DNA from: a virus
Lineage: Duplodnaviria > Caudoviricetes
Strand: one strand, 5' to 3'
Length of the DNA: 53,368 nucleotides
IMG/VR virus record: IMGVR_UViG_3300042475_005524
Location: 1-53,368 of that record
The translations under genes were made by a program, and so were the position numbers. Shown here piece after piece: positions 1 through 9,265 of the stretch. The notes below the pieces were generated by a model. It was given only the letters and a program-made list of their open reading frames with translations. It was not told the origin of the DNA and made no database searches. Position 1 is the stretch's first letter. Every line of letters starts with the position of its first letter.

Positions 1-430
1 CGCGAATGGCACTAGCGGCACCACTGGCACTAGCGGTTCGTCAGGCACTAGCGGCACAGAAGGCACTAGCGGTACAAGCGGTACCCAAGGCACCAGCGGC
101 TCATCAGGCACTAGCGGCGCGAATGGCACTAGCGGCACCACTGGCACTAGCGGTTCGTCAGGCACTAGCGGCACAGAAGGCACTAGCGGTACAAGCGGTA
201 CTGAAGGCACCAGTGGCTCGTCAGGCACAAGCGGTGCAAATGGCACTAGCGGCACCACTGGCACTAGCGGTTCGTCAGGCACTAGCGGCACAGAAGGCAC
301 TAGCGGTACAAGCGGCACCCAAGGCACCAGCGGCTCGTCAGGCACAAGCGGCGCAAATGGCACTAGCGGTAGTAGCGGCACTAGCGGCACAACTGGCACC
401 AGTGGCTCTTCTGGAACTGCGGGCACATCT
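1..430 (+). repeat. 117-bp (39-aa, 13-triplet) coding tandem repeat, block 1
   Basis: gaatggcactagcggcaccactggc occurs at 4 and 121 (period 117); the unit is built from 9-bp ggcactagc-like subunits. Confidence 0.9.
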
Positions 431-3208
431 GGTCAAGATGGTAATTTTGGCGGCGCATCATTTAAATATAATTTTAGTTCAGTAACAACTGACTCTGATC
501 CCGGATCAGGGAATTTTATATTTAACCAATCAACTCAAAATTCATCAACAAGAATAAATCTTGATAATGTTGATTTAAATGGGGCAGATATACAAAATTA
601 TTTAAGAACAATTGATGATTCGACTTCAACAATAAAAGGTCACGTAAAAGTAAGTAAGTTATTCAATACTGCTGCTTTTATTTTGTTTACGATTAGCGCC
701 ACAGAAGAGGCATCTGGTTATTTTAAAATTACTGTTTCTCCTGTAGATAGTTCAGTTTCTAATCCATTCATTGATGGAGATGATTGCATTTTAACATTTG
801 CCAGAACTGGCGACAAAGGAGATAACGGATCTAGTGGCACTAGCGGCACTAGTGGCACTCAAGGCACCAGCGGCTCATCAGGCACCAGCGGCGCGAATGG
901 CACTAGCGGCACGACCGGCACTAGCGGTTCGTCAGGCACTAGCGGCACAGAAGGCACTAGTGGCACAAGCGGCACCCAAGGCACCAGCGGCTCGTCAGGC
1001 ACCAGCGGCGCAAATGGCACTAGCGGCACCACTGGCACTAGCGGTTCATCAGGCAGCAGCGGCACAGAAGGCACTAGCGGCACAAGCGGCACCCAAGGCA
1101 CCAGCGGCTCGTCAGGCACCAGCGGCGCAAATGGCACTAGCGGCACCACTGGCACCAGCGGCTCATCAGGCAGCAGCGGCACAGAAGGCACTAGCGGCAC
1201 AAGCGGTACGCAAGGCACCAGCGGCTCATCAGGCACCAGCGGTGCGAATGGCACTAGCGGCACCACTGGCACTAGCGGTTCGTCAGGCACTAGCGGCACA
1301 GAAGGCACTAGCGGCACAAGCGGTACACAAGGCACTAGCGGCTCATCAGGCACCAGCGGTGCAAATGGCACTAGCGGTAGTAGCGGCACTAGCGGCACAA
1401 CTGGCACCAGCGGTTCTTCTGGCACAAGCGGAACAGCAGGAACTAGTGGAGTTGGTCTTTCTGCTGGAAGAGATTACTTTTTTAATTATACTGAAGCCTC
1501 TGATATATCAGGATATAAAGATCTTGGACAAAGCACTATAACTGGACTTGAAGCAGTAGTTGCTGTACCTCTTTCTTCACACCAACAAAATGTAATTGTT
1601 GATGGAGGATTTATTACTGCTAGCGGCGATCCTAACGTAACAGTAGTTCCAAATGGAATTTGGCACGCTTATGCTTATTTTTCAAAATCTACTCAAAATG
1701 CAGACATTTCCTATTATTACACTGTATCAAAATATACTACAGGAAACCTTGAATCAGTTTTGTTCACTTCTGAAACTGTCGCATTAGGTTGGGATACAAA
1801 TAGCGGAATTCCTGTAGAGATTAAAAATAATGCCGTCGCTACTACAGAAATATTAGATCCTACTGATAGAATTCTTGTAAAATTTTATTTGAATAATAAT
1901 GACTCTAATGCTCATACTGTAAATTTTTTCACAGAAGGCACAAATCATTATTCTTACATTGTAACTACATTAACTGCTTTTCAGGGAAGTAGCGGAACAT
2001 CTGGTAGCAGTGGTACATCTGGATCTTCTGGCACCAGCGGAACAACTGGTACTAGCGGCTCCTCGGGCACCAGCGGTGCGACTGGAAGTAGTGGTGAGAC
2101 GGGCTCTTCTGGCACCAGTGGTACAACTGGCACTAGCGGTTCTTCAGGTAGTAGTGGCTCGTCAGGCACTAGCGGTTCGTCAGGCACCAGCGGTTCGTCA
2201 GGCACCAGCGGCATAGATGGCACTAGCGGTACAACTGGCACTAGCGGTTCTTCAGGCACCAGCGGTACAAGTGGCACCAGCGGTACAAGTGGCACCAGCG
2301 GTACAACTGGCACTAGCGGTTCATCAGGCACTAGCGGCACCAGCGGCGCTAACGGTACTAGTGGTACAACTGGCACTAGCGGAACTAGTGGATTAATGCC
2401 AGTTTGGGTAGTTAAAACATCTAACTATACAGCCGTAAATTCAGACAGAATATTGGCGGATACTTCCGCTGGTTCTTTCACGATTACATTGCCAAGTTCT
2501 CCGTCCCCAGCAAATTATATTGAAATCAATGACCCAGAAGGAACATGGGGAACAAATAATTTAATAATTGCAAGAAATGGAAGTAACATAAGCAGTCTTG
2601 CCGAAGACCTAACATGCAACGCTTCTACTGCTATTGGGTTAACTTATGTAGATGCTACAATTGGCTGGAAAGTTGATTTTATTATTGAACTTGGCGGCAC
2701 AAGAAATGTAACAAGAAGCTTGTGGATTCCAGCTTCGGCTTGGATTCCAAGAACAACCGCAGGATGCGGAATAAATTCTTTAGAAAGTTCTACAAATAAA
2801 ATTAACTACGATGTTCTTGAGTTTGATCCGGGCGCAATTGAATACGCTCAAGCAATGACTACAATGCCATCTAATTGGGACGGCTTAACTGTTAATGCGG
2901 CATTCTACTGGACAGTCACCTCTGGTTTTTCTGGTTCTGGCTCAGTTGTTTGGCAGATGGCAGGAAGATCTTATGCCGATCAAAGCGCTATTGATCAAGT
3001 AGTTTCAGCAGCTAAATCGACAACTGACGCATTTACTACTGGAGATTATGTTCACGTTTCTCCACTTGTTACAGGGATAACATTGGAAGGATTAAATTCG
3101 ACAGGAAATCCAATTGTGTACGAAATTAGCCGTAACGCAACTGATGCTAACGACACACTAGCAGTAGATGCCCGTTTGCTTGGAATACAAATATCTTATA
3201 ATACATAA
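2..3208 (+). CDS. Collagen-like (Gly-X-Y, Ser/Thr-rich) tail fibre/virion fibre protein, 5'-partial
   Basis: The frame of ORF 683..3208 is open back to base 2, so the gene starts before the window. Three GTS/GSS/GTT/GAN triplet blocks are separated by globular domains (e.g. GQDGNFGGASF...FARTGDKGD). A later segment VKTSNYTA...DTSAGSFTITLP...WGTNNL is typical of phage fibre proteins. Confidence 0.8.
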   Translation, partial: ANGTSGTTGTSGSSGTSGTEGTSGTSGTQGTSGSSGTSGANGTSGTTGTSGSSGTSGTEGTSGTSGTEGTSGSSGTSGANGTSGTTGTSGSSGTSGTEGTSGTSGTQGTSGSSGTSGANGTSGSSGTSGTTGTSGSSGTAGTSGQDGNFGGASFKYNFSSVTTDSDPGSGNFIFNQSTQNSSTRINLDNVDLNGADIQNYLRTIDDSTSTIKGHVKVSKLFNTAAFILFTISATEEASGYFKITVSPVDSSVSNPFIDGDDCILTFARTGDKGDNGSSGTSGTSGTQGTSGSSGTSGANGTSGTTGTSGSSGTSGTEGTSGTSGTQGTSGSSGTSGANGTSGTTGTSGSSGSSGTEGTSGTSGTQGTSGSSGTSGANGTSGTTGTSGSSGSSGTEGTSGTSGTQGTSGSSGTSGANGTSGTTGTSGSSGTSGTEGTSGTSGTQGTSGSSGTSGANGTSGSSGTSGTTGTSGSSGTSGTAGTSGVGLSAGRDYFFNYTEASDISGYKDLGQSTITGLEAVVAVPLSSHQQNVIVDGGFITASGDPNVTVVPNGIWHAYAYFSKSTQNADISYYYTVSKYTTGNLESVLFTSETVALGWDTNSGIPVEIKNNAVATTEILDPTDRILVKFYLNNNDSNAHTVNFFTEGTNHYSYIVTTLTAFQGSSGTSGSSGTSGSSGTSGTTGTSGSSGTSGATGSSGETGSSGTSGTTGTSGSSGSSGSSGTSGSSGTSGSSGTSGIDGTSGTTGTSGSSGTSGTSGTSGTSGTSGTTGTSGSSGTSGTSGANGTSGTTGTSGTSGLMPVWVVKTSNYTAVNSDRILADTSAGSFTITLPSSPSPANYIEINDPEGTWGTNNLIIARNGSNISSLAEDLTCNASTAIGLTYVDATIGWKVDFIIELGGTRNVTRSLWIPASAWIPRTTAGCGINSLESSTNKINYDVLEFDPGAIEYAQAMTTMPSNWDGLTVNAAFYWTVTSGFSGSGSVVWQMAGRSYADQSAIDQVVSAAKSTTDAFTTGDYVHVSPLVTGITLEGLNSTGNPIVYEISRNATDANDTLAVDARLLGIQISYNT
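830..1450 (+). repeat. 117-bp coding tandem repeat, block 2
   Basis: The unit GTSGTEGTSGTSGTQGTSGSSGTSGANGTSGTTGTSGSS repeats about 4-5 times. Confidence 0.9.
1985..2392 (+). repeat. Gly-X-Y triplet repeat, block 3
   Basis: Uninterrupted GTS/GSS/GTT triplets with a less regular higher-order period. Confidence 0.85.
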
Positions 3209-3209
3209 T

Positions 3210-3896
3210 ATGAGAGCGCGACAACGACACTACAAACCTATAGGAGCGCTTTTATCTTATGATGCGAGATATATTGCTGGTTCAAATGGGTCTGAGATTA
3301 GCACTTGGGAAAATAGAAATAGCACCAGTTACAGTTTAACTCAATCGACATCTACAAACCGACCATTATTGCAAACCGGCACAAATGGGATAAATAATCA
3401 AAACGCAGTAAAGTTTGACGGAATCGATGATAACTTGTCGGCTGTAGCGCCTATAGTTACTTATGTTACACTGGTTGCAGTTGGCAAATTTACAAGCGCG
3501 AATCCAATGGTTTTTAGGCATGGTCCAGACGCTGGATTTTCTTTTTCAGGTACTAACAATTCGGCTTGGCTTATTTCAAGAGCGTCAACACATAGCGCAT
3601 CTGGAGTTAGTCAATGGATGGGTTCAGATAGTGCAGTTGCTTCTTTTGTTTATAATGGAGATGGAACATATTATAAAAATGGCGTGGCGCAAAGCAACGA
3701 AACCATTAGTGGAACAAGTCTAACAAATGGTCAAAGATACTCAAGTAGTTTTATTGCTTGCTGGGACCCGGTTGCCTCTAAATTTAGTGATGGATTATTG
3801 GGTATTTTAGTTTTATATATTGGAATTAAAAACGATTCATTACGCAAACGAACAGAACATGCTTCTAGTTATTCATATAAACTCGCCTGCTCATAA
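3210..3896 (+). CDS. Lectin/LamG-like beta-sandwich virion protein (start revised to ATG 3210)
   Basis: ATG lies 1 nt after the upstream TAA. The motif YDA...GSEISTW.N....LTQST...RP...INNQNAVKFDGIDD is typical of phage concanavalin-A-like domains. Confidence 0.55.
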   Translation: MRARQRHYKPIGALLSYDARYIAGSNGSEISTWENRNSTSYSLTQSTSTNRPLLQTGTNGINNQNAVKFDGIDDNLSAVAPIVTYVTLVAVGKFTSANPMVFRHGPDAGFSFSGTNNSAWLISRASTHSASGVSQWMGSDSAVASFVYNGDGTYYKNGVAQSNETISGTSLTNGQRYSSSFIACWDPVASKFSDGLLGILVLYIGIKNDSLRKRTEHASSYSYKLACS

Positions 3897-3899
3897 CCA

Positions 3900-4292
3900 A
3901 TGATTTATCTTACTTACAACTGCATTTTACGGTCTGAAACTGACGCTCAAGTCATTGATAATTTAATTCGCAAAGGTTGGCAAGTCACTACGCCGCCTAG
4001 TTATGATCCTGCTACTGAGCAGCCTCCTGTTTGGGAAGATTGCGGATGGGTAGTTCATCCATTGCCACCAAAACAACCATATAGAGTATCAAAAGACACT
4101 ATAACTTACAGAGTAATGGAAGCTGGCAAAACGGCAGATTTAATAAACTTAATTTCTAGTCTCACTACAGAACAACAGTTTTATTGGAATAACTTTGCTT
4201 GGTTTTGGTCAAATAACCAAACAGTAATTTCAATGTGCCAGCAACTTGGATTAGACGCAAATGTTATTTTGGCTGAAGATCCATATTTATAA
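3900..4292 (+). CDS. Small fibre-associated protein (possible assembly chaperone)
   Basis: Tightly packed between fibre genes; PPSYDPATEQPPVWEDCGWVV resembles tail-fibre-assembly-type motifs. Confidence 0.45.
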   Translation: MIYLTYNCILRSETDAQVIDNLIRKGWQVTTPPSYDPATEQPPVWEDCGWVVHPLPPKQPYRVSKDTITYRVMEAGKTADLINLISSLTTEQQFYWNNFAWFWSNNQTVISMCQQLGLDANVILAEDPYL

Positions 4293-4301
4293 TGTAATAT
4301 A
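4292..4301 (+). promoter_or_regulatory. RTGTAA candidate late-promoter motif
   Basis: ATGTAATATA; TGTAA begins 16 nt before ATG 4309. Confidence 0.45.
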
Positions 4302-4308
4302 ATTATAT

Positions 4309-5529
4309 ATGAATTTAACTTCATTATTTCCAGTTGGGCTAACAGGACCACAAGGGCTAACTGGTAGTGCAGGCACTAGTGGTACTAGTGGTTCTACTGG
4401 AACAAGTGGAGTTAATGGCACTAGCGGTACTAATGGCGCAGCAGGCGCAAACGGTTCGTCAGGCACTAGCGGCGCGAATGGCACCAGTGGCACAACTGGC
4501 ACCAGCGGCTCTTCTGGCACAAACGGCGCGAATGGTACTAGCGGCACTAATGGCGCAGCAGGCGCAAACGGCACCAGCGGCACAACTGGCACTAGTGGCA
4601 CCAACGGCGCGGCTGGCGCAAACGGTTCGTCAGGCACTAACGGCGCGAATGGCACCAGTGGCACAAACGGTGCAGCAGGCGCAAACGGCACTAGCGGCAC
4701 AACCGGCACCAGCGGCACTAACGGTGCAGCAGGCGCAAACGGTTCGTCAGGCACTAGTGGCGCTAACGGCACCAGTGGCACAAACGGTGCAGCAGGCGCA
4801 AACGGCACTAGCGGCACAACTGGCACTAGTGGCACCAACGGCGCGGCTGGCGCAAACGGTTCGTCAGGCACTAACGGCGCGAATGGCACCAGTGGCACAA
4901 ACGGTGCAGCAGGCGCAAACGGCACTAGCGGCACAACCGGCACCAGCGGCACTAACGGTGCAGCAGGCGCAAACGGTTCATCAGGCACTAACGGCGCGAA
5001 TGGTACTAGCGGTACAACTGGTACAAGTGGTACTGCTGGCGCGGCTGGCACAAGCGGCACAAGTGGAGCAGGAACTATCTCAGGAACAACTAATACAGTT
5101 GCAAAATTTAGTTCAACAACGGCAGTTGGCAATTCTTCAATAACCGATACGGGCAGCTTAGTTACAATTGGCGTTAATACAACAGTTAATGGACACTTAG
5201 CAGCGCAAACTAAGGCATTCCTTATTGACCACCCCACAAAGAGTGGAATGAAGTTGCAATACGCCTGCTTAGAAGGCCCAGAGAATGGCGTGTACGTGCG
5301 CGGGCGCGCGCGTGGGCGCGAGATCAGATTACCCGATTATTGGGTCGCGCTAGTTGATTGGAACTCTATTTCAGTTCAGCTAACTCCTATTGGATCATTC
5401 AAGGAGCTTTATGTTGAGGCGGTAGACAGCGGCAGCGTTTACATTAACGGTAATGGCGGCAATCTGGATTATTTTTATATTGTTTACGCCGAGCGTAAAG
5501 ACGTAGAGAAATTAACTGTGGAGTTTTAA
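4309..5529 (+). CDS. Collagen-like (GTS/GAN/GAA) fibre protein with phage fibre C-terminal domain
   Basis: About 250 aa of Gly-X-Y, then KAFLIDHP..GMKLQYACLEGPENGVYVRG...LPDYW...AERKDV, a C-terminal domain common in phage fibre proteins. Confidence 0.75.
   Translation: MNLTSLFPVGLTGPQGLTGSAGTSGTSGSTGTSGVNGTSGTNGAAGANGSSGTSGANGTSGTTGTSGSSGTNGANGTSGTNGAAGANGTSGTTGTSGTNGAAGANGSSGTNGANGTSGTNGAAGANGTSGTTGTSGTNGAAGANGSSGTSGANGTSGTNGAAGANGTSGTTGTSGTNGAAGANGSSGTNGANGTSGTNGAAGANGTSGTTGTSGTNGAAGANGSSGTNGANGTSGTTGTSGTAGAAGTSGTSGAGTISGTTNTVAKFSSTTAVGNSSITDTGSLVTIGVNTTVNGHLAAQTKAFLIDHPTKSGMKLQYACLEGPENGVYVRGRARGREIRLPDYWVALVDWNSISVQLTPIGSFKELYVEAVDSGSVYINGNGGNLDYFYIVYAERKDVEKLTVEF
4425..5073 (+). repeat. 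117-bp (39-aa) coding tandem repeat with 234-bp higher-order duplication
   Basis: The unit GTNGAAGANGSSGTNGANGTSGTNGAAGANGTSGTTGTS repeats about 5 times. Confidence 0.85.
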
Positions 5530-5530
5530 T

Positions 5531-6223
5531 ATGCCGAATTATTACGGGCCAAGAATAGTTACTGATGGGTTAGTTTTGTGCTTAGATGCGGCTAATCCAA
5601 AAAGCTATCCTGGTTCTGGTACAGCTTGGACTGACTTGAGCCGAAATGGCAATAATGGAACTTTAACTAACGGACCGACTTTCAGTAGCGCTAATGGTGG
5701 CAGTATTGCGTTTGACGGTACTGACGATTATGTTTCTTGCCCAGCATTTACTGGACTTGGTTCATCAAATAGAACAATAGATGTCTGGTTTCAAATCAGA
5801 TCTTTGCCGCTCTCAGGAACAAAAAGAATTTTATCTTTAGTTACTGACGATACTTCTACAGACACACCCGCACTTACTATTGGATACAGCACTAGTTTAT
5901 CTTCACTGAATGCCGGATTTGGAGGCAGTCCTTACAATGGATACGTTTCTAATCTTAATTTTACTTTGTCTATGTGGACAAATTTGACAGTTACGATAAC
6001 AGGAAATAATATAGTTATATACAAAAATACTATTTCTGTTGGTAGTGCGACTAATTCAGGAACCGTTGGATCTAATCCAATATTGCATTTGGGAAGATAT
6101 AATAATTTTTACAGTCAATATGCAGATATAATCATAAGCAACGCCAAGATATATAATCGAGCGTTATCAGCATCAGAAATCATTCAAAACTATAATACAA
6201 CTAAAGGAAGATTTAAACTATGA
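5531..6223 (+). CDS. LamG/concanavalin-A-like lectin-fold protein, paralogue 1
   Basis: IVTDGLVLCLDAAN.KSYPGSGT.W.DLS.NGNNGTL.NGPT...FDGTDD at the N-terminus and IYNRALS..EI.QNYN.TKGRF at the C-terminus. Confidence 0.8.
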   Translation: MPNYYGPRIVTDGLVLCLDAANPKSYPGSGTAWTDLSRNGNNGTLTNGPTFSSANGGSIAFDGTDDYVSCPAFTGLGSSNRTIDVWFQIRSLPLSGTKRILSLVTDDTSTDTPALTIGYSTSLSSLNAGFGGSPYNGYVSNLNFTLSMWTNLTVTITGNNIVIYKNTISVGSATNSGTVGSNPILHLGRYNNFYSQYADIIISNAKIYNRALSASEIIQNYNTTKGRFKL

Positions 6224-6480
6224 GTCACATATTCGAAAATAGAGAATACTTAATCCTACCAGTTTCTGAATTAACCAAGGTTGACTTTAACCTTGTTTTA
6301 GAAACCAGCGCCGAAACTGTTAGAAAATCAATTGACGAGACAAAAACATTTGTGAAGTGGGACGGCGAAACTCCCGCTTTCGTCGCCACAATTTCTGGCG
6401 CAGAAGGTCCATATACTTACTCTGAAATTCTAGATGTTTTGACTGGGGTAGAGTGGACATCAACTGGACTGTACCCTTAA
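6220..6480 (+). CDS. Small conserved phage protein associated with LamG genes
   Basis: 4-bp ATGA overlap with the upstream gene; motif VLETSAETVRKS.D.TKTFVKW.G..P...GPYTYSEIL. Confidence 0.6.
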   Translation: MSHIFENREYLILPVSELTKVDFNLVLETSAETVRKSIDETKTFVKWDGETPAFVATISGAEGPYTYSEILDVLTGVEWTSTGLYP

Positions 6481-6481
6481 C

Positions 6482-7168
6482 ATGGCTTATCAAAACGGTC
6501 CAAAGATTGTTACTGATGGATTGGTTTTGTGCTTAGATGCTGGAAACCCAAAAAGTTATCCAGGTTCTGGAACAGCTTGGACTGATTTGAGCCGAAATGG
6601 GAATAATGGGACTTTGACGAATGGGCCGACTTATAATAGTGCGAATGGTGGGAGTATTGTGTTTGATGGGACTGATGATGTTATAACTTGCGGAACAACA
6701 TCACCACCATCTGGAGATTTATCAGTGTTTGCTTGGGTGTATTCAACATCATTTAATAGCACTTGGAATATCATATCTACAAAATGGTTTTCTGGTTCTG
6801 GTTCTGATTTTCACTGGGCACTTAAAAGTGATCTTGGTAATGGTACAAACATAAAACAAAATTTATATACAACTTCTAATAGTGATATTTACGGAACAAC
6901 AACTTTTTTAATAAACACTTGGTATTATGTTGGATTTACTTTAGTGAATGGGGGTACTCTAACATTTTATAAAAATGGAGTTTCTGATGGTACAAGTTCT
7001 ACAGTTTCTAGAACAGCACATAGTAGTACTTTACAACTAGGTGATTCTAGGGGAGTTAATTTTGGACTTATTGGCAGAATACCGCAAGTATCCATATACA
7101 AAAGAGCACTCACACCATCAGAAATTCTTCAAAACTACAACGCAACAAAAGGAAGATTTAAACTATGA
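6482..7168 (+). CDS. LamG/concanavalin-A-like lectin-fold protein, paralogue 2
   Basis: Same N- and C-terminal motifs as 5531..6223, with a divergent core (WYYVGFTL). Confidence 0.8.
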   Translation: MAYQNGPKIVTDGLVLCLDAGNPKSYPGSGTAWTDLSRNGNNGTLTNGPTYNSANGGSIVFDGTDDVITCGTTSPPSGDLSVFAWVYSTSFNSTWNIISTKWFSGSGSDFHWALKSDLGNGTNIKQNLYTTSNSDIYGTTTFLINTWYYVGFTLVNGGTLTFYKNGVSDGTSSTVSRTAHSSTLQLGDSRGVNFGLIGRIPQVSIYKRALTPSEILQNYNATKGRFKL

Positions 7169-7875
7169 GTGTCTCCGGGGGTCCAGATTTAATCCAAGAT
7201 GGTTTAGTTTTGTGCTTAGATGCGGCGAACACTAAAAGTTATCCGGGCAGTGGAACTTCGTGGGTTGATTTGAGTGGGAATGGCAATAATGGGACTTTAA
7301 CAAATGGGCCAACGTTTAGTAGCGCTAATAGCGGAAGCGTCTTGCTTGATGGGGCCAATGATTACATAGCGTGCGGTAATTTTTCTACTCTTAACAATAT
7401 GAGTATTGGCATGTGGGTAAGGGTTTTATCTAACGCTGGAAACTATAAAGCTTTTGCGGGGGCAGTTGGTGCGGGTACAGACTGGGGTACGGGATTTGCC
7501 ATACATATGTCTCAAAATGGTCGAGCCTCTTTTGATACATGCTGCTTTGAAGGAGGTATATTATATGTTGGAGGGGGGACTAATTTTATGACAACATCTG
7601 TGCCGTTTGGTGATTGGGCAAACATATATTTTACCATATCTGCTAATTATATTCAATTTTATTTAAATGGCTCTGCTCAGTTTGGAACAGCAAGATTAAA
7701 TAACAGTACTTCTACGATAGGCATGAATAGTTTAGTAATTGGATCTAGGCCAGATGCGGTTGCTAGTAGGGGAGCAAATGCCAATATAGCATCAGCAATT
7801 ATACATAATCGTGCATTATCTGCCTCTGAAGTTTTTCAAAACTACAACGCAACTAAAGGCCGTTTTCGCTTATAA
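7165..7875 (+). CDS. LamG/concanavalin-A-like lectin-fold protein, paralogue 3
   Basis: Same terminal motifs; ATGA overlap with paralogue 2. Confidence 0.8.
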   Translation: MSVSGGPDLIQDGLVLCLDAANTKSYPGSGTSWVDLSGNGNNGTLTNGPTFSSANSGSVLLDGANDYIACGNFSTLNNMSIGMWVRVLSNAGNYKAFAGAVGAGTDWGTGFAIHMSQNGRASFDTCCFEGGILYVGGGTNFMTTSVPFGDWANIYFTISANYIQFYLNGSAQFGTARLNNSTSTIGMNSLVIGSRPDAVASRGANANIASAIIHNRALSASEVFQNYNATKGRFRL

Positions 7876-7876
7876 A

Positions 7877-7886
7877 GTGTAAAATA
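7877..7886 (+). promoter_or_regulatory. RTGTAAA candidate late-promoter motif
   Basis: GTGTAAAATA; 14 nt before ATG 7892. Confidence 0.55.
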
Positions 7887-7891
7887 TAACA

Positions 7892-8734
7892 ATGCCCAAC
7901 ATATTAATACATCCAAATTCTGGCATACTGGAGTTCAATACAGGAACCACCGGGTCTTCTTCGCTGGATGCATCAATGAGCGGCGCCGCTAGGCTGACTT
8001 TTACAAATAGTGGAACTCTAGGTCTTACTAGCTACTCAACAGGGACTGTTGACAGATTTTTCGTCGAGGGTATTAATGGCAGATTATTTGAAGTGGACGA
8101 CGTTATGACAGGCTCATTAATGAGCGTTAACGACATTGCTGGCTTGCCAATATTTGAAGTATTTAGCGACGACAGAGTAGTGATGGGGCAATATAATCAA
8201 AATACTCTTGTTGTTTCTGGAACTTTAGTTAATATTAGCGGCAAAACGACAATTGCGGCATCTTCAACAGGACGCGCGAATTTAAATTTGCCACATGGAA
8301 CCGCTCCAACTTCGCCAGTTAACGGCGACATTTGGACAACAAATTCAGGATTATACGTTCAAATCAGCGGATCAACAGTTGGTCCACTTAGCACAGGTGG
8401 CGGCGGATCATCAAGCTTTAGTTATTATGTGGTTTCTGGTTTTACTGGAACAGCTTTGACTCTTGCTCTTGGACACGCCTCGGATTATATTAGAACAACT
8501 TCGGCCACAGCAGTCACCATTACTGTTCCTCCGACATCTGTTGTAAATTGGGTTAACGATACTGAAATTCTTTTTGAGCAAGCTGGCGCAGGGCAAATCA
8601 CATTTGCAACTGGAACTGGAGTTCTCATAAACACTAGTGAGACCCTTAAAACACAAAAACAATACTCTGTAGCTGCATTAAAAATGGTTTCTGGTAATGT
8701 ATGGACTTTGCTTGGAGAAAGGGAATTATTATAA
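7892..8734 (+). CDS. Putative tail fibre/virion structural protein
   Basis: G/S/T-rich. Contains RLFEVDD...SLMSVNDIAGLPIFEVFSD, APTSPVNGDIW and a C-terminal ITVP...EQAGAGQITF...QYSVAAL...W.L.G module seen in phage fibres. Confidence 0.55.
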   Translation: MPNILIHPNSGILEFNTGTTGSSSLDASMSGAARLTFTNSGTLGLTSYSTGTVDRFFVEGINGRLFEVDDVMTGSLMSVNDIAGLPIFEVFSDDRVVMGQYNQNTLVVSGTLVNISGKTTIAASSTGRANLNLPHGTAPTSPVNGDIWTTNSGLYVQISGSTVGPLSTGGGGSSSFSYYVVSGFTGTALTLALGHASDYIRTTSATAVTITVPPTSVVNWVNDTEILFEQAGAGQITFATGTGVLINTSETLKTQKQYSVAALKMVSGNVWTLLGERELL

Positions 8735-8748
8735 TATAATATACAAAG

Positions 8749-9261
8749 ATGCAAACTTTTCTTTACAATTTAAATACGCAACAAAGAGAAGGGCCAATTA
8801 GAGAAGGGCGCTATTTGGTTGATGGTCAACCCGGTCCTTTGCCAAATTATTTAGTTGAATTGGAAATTGTAGTAGTTGTTCCAGATCCTCCTTACAATCC
8901 CGCGACTCAAACATTAGAGCACAGATCTTACCCTGATTTGGTTAATAATAAATGGTATGAGGAAAACTATGTAAGAGATTTAACTGAAGAAGAAATCCAG
9001 CAAAGATTAGCGAAACCGCCGAATAGCTGCACCCCAAGACAGTTAAGACTAGCTTTAATCCAAAGTGGAATTTCTTTATCAGCAGTACAAGGCTTTATTG
9101 ATGGGATTGCAGATCCAATTCAAAAAGAAATCGCTATTGTAGAATGGGAATATGCTCTTGAAATCGTAAAAGAGCATCCTCTTGTACAGGCGATTGCGGT
9201 TAATTTAAATTTAAGTGAACAACAAGTGGATAATATTTTTACTTTAGCGGTAACTTTATAA
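8749..9261 (+). CDS. Putative tail fibre assembly/chaperone-like protein
   Basis: PPYNPATQ and TPRQLRLAL...EWEYA...HPLV..I...LNLSEQQVDNIF motifs, common in small genes flanking phage fibre genes. Confidence 0.55.
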   Translation: MQTFLYNLNTQQREGPIREGRYLVDGQPGPLPNYLVELEIVVVVPDPPYNPATQTLEHRSYPDLVNNKWYEENYVRDLTEEEIQQRLAKPPNSCTPRQLRLALIQSGISLSAVQGFIDGIADPIQKEIAIVEWEYALEIVKEHPLVQAIAVNLNLSEQQVDNIFTLAVTL

Positions 9262-9265
9262 TGTT

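Noticed and set aside
1-1450. Regular repeats resembling a CRISPR array
   Set aside because: The repeats are in-frame coding units with no unique spacers, and no cas genes are present.
6-5237. Alternative-frame and antisense ORFs over the Gly-X-Y repeats (6..485, 798..1541, 859..1425, 1981..2376, 4287..5237, 4367..5143)
   Set aside because: These are shadow ORFs produced by stop-free 9-bp repeats. The Gly-X-Y frame is the one continuous with the globular domains.
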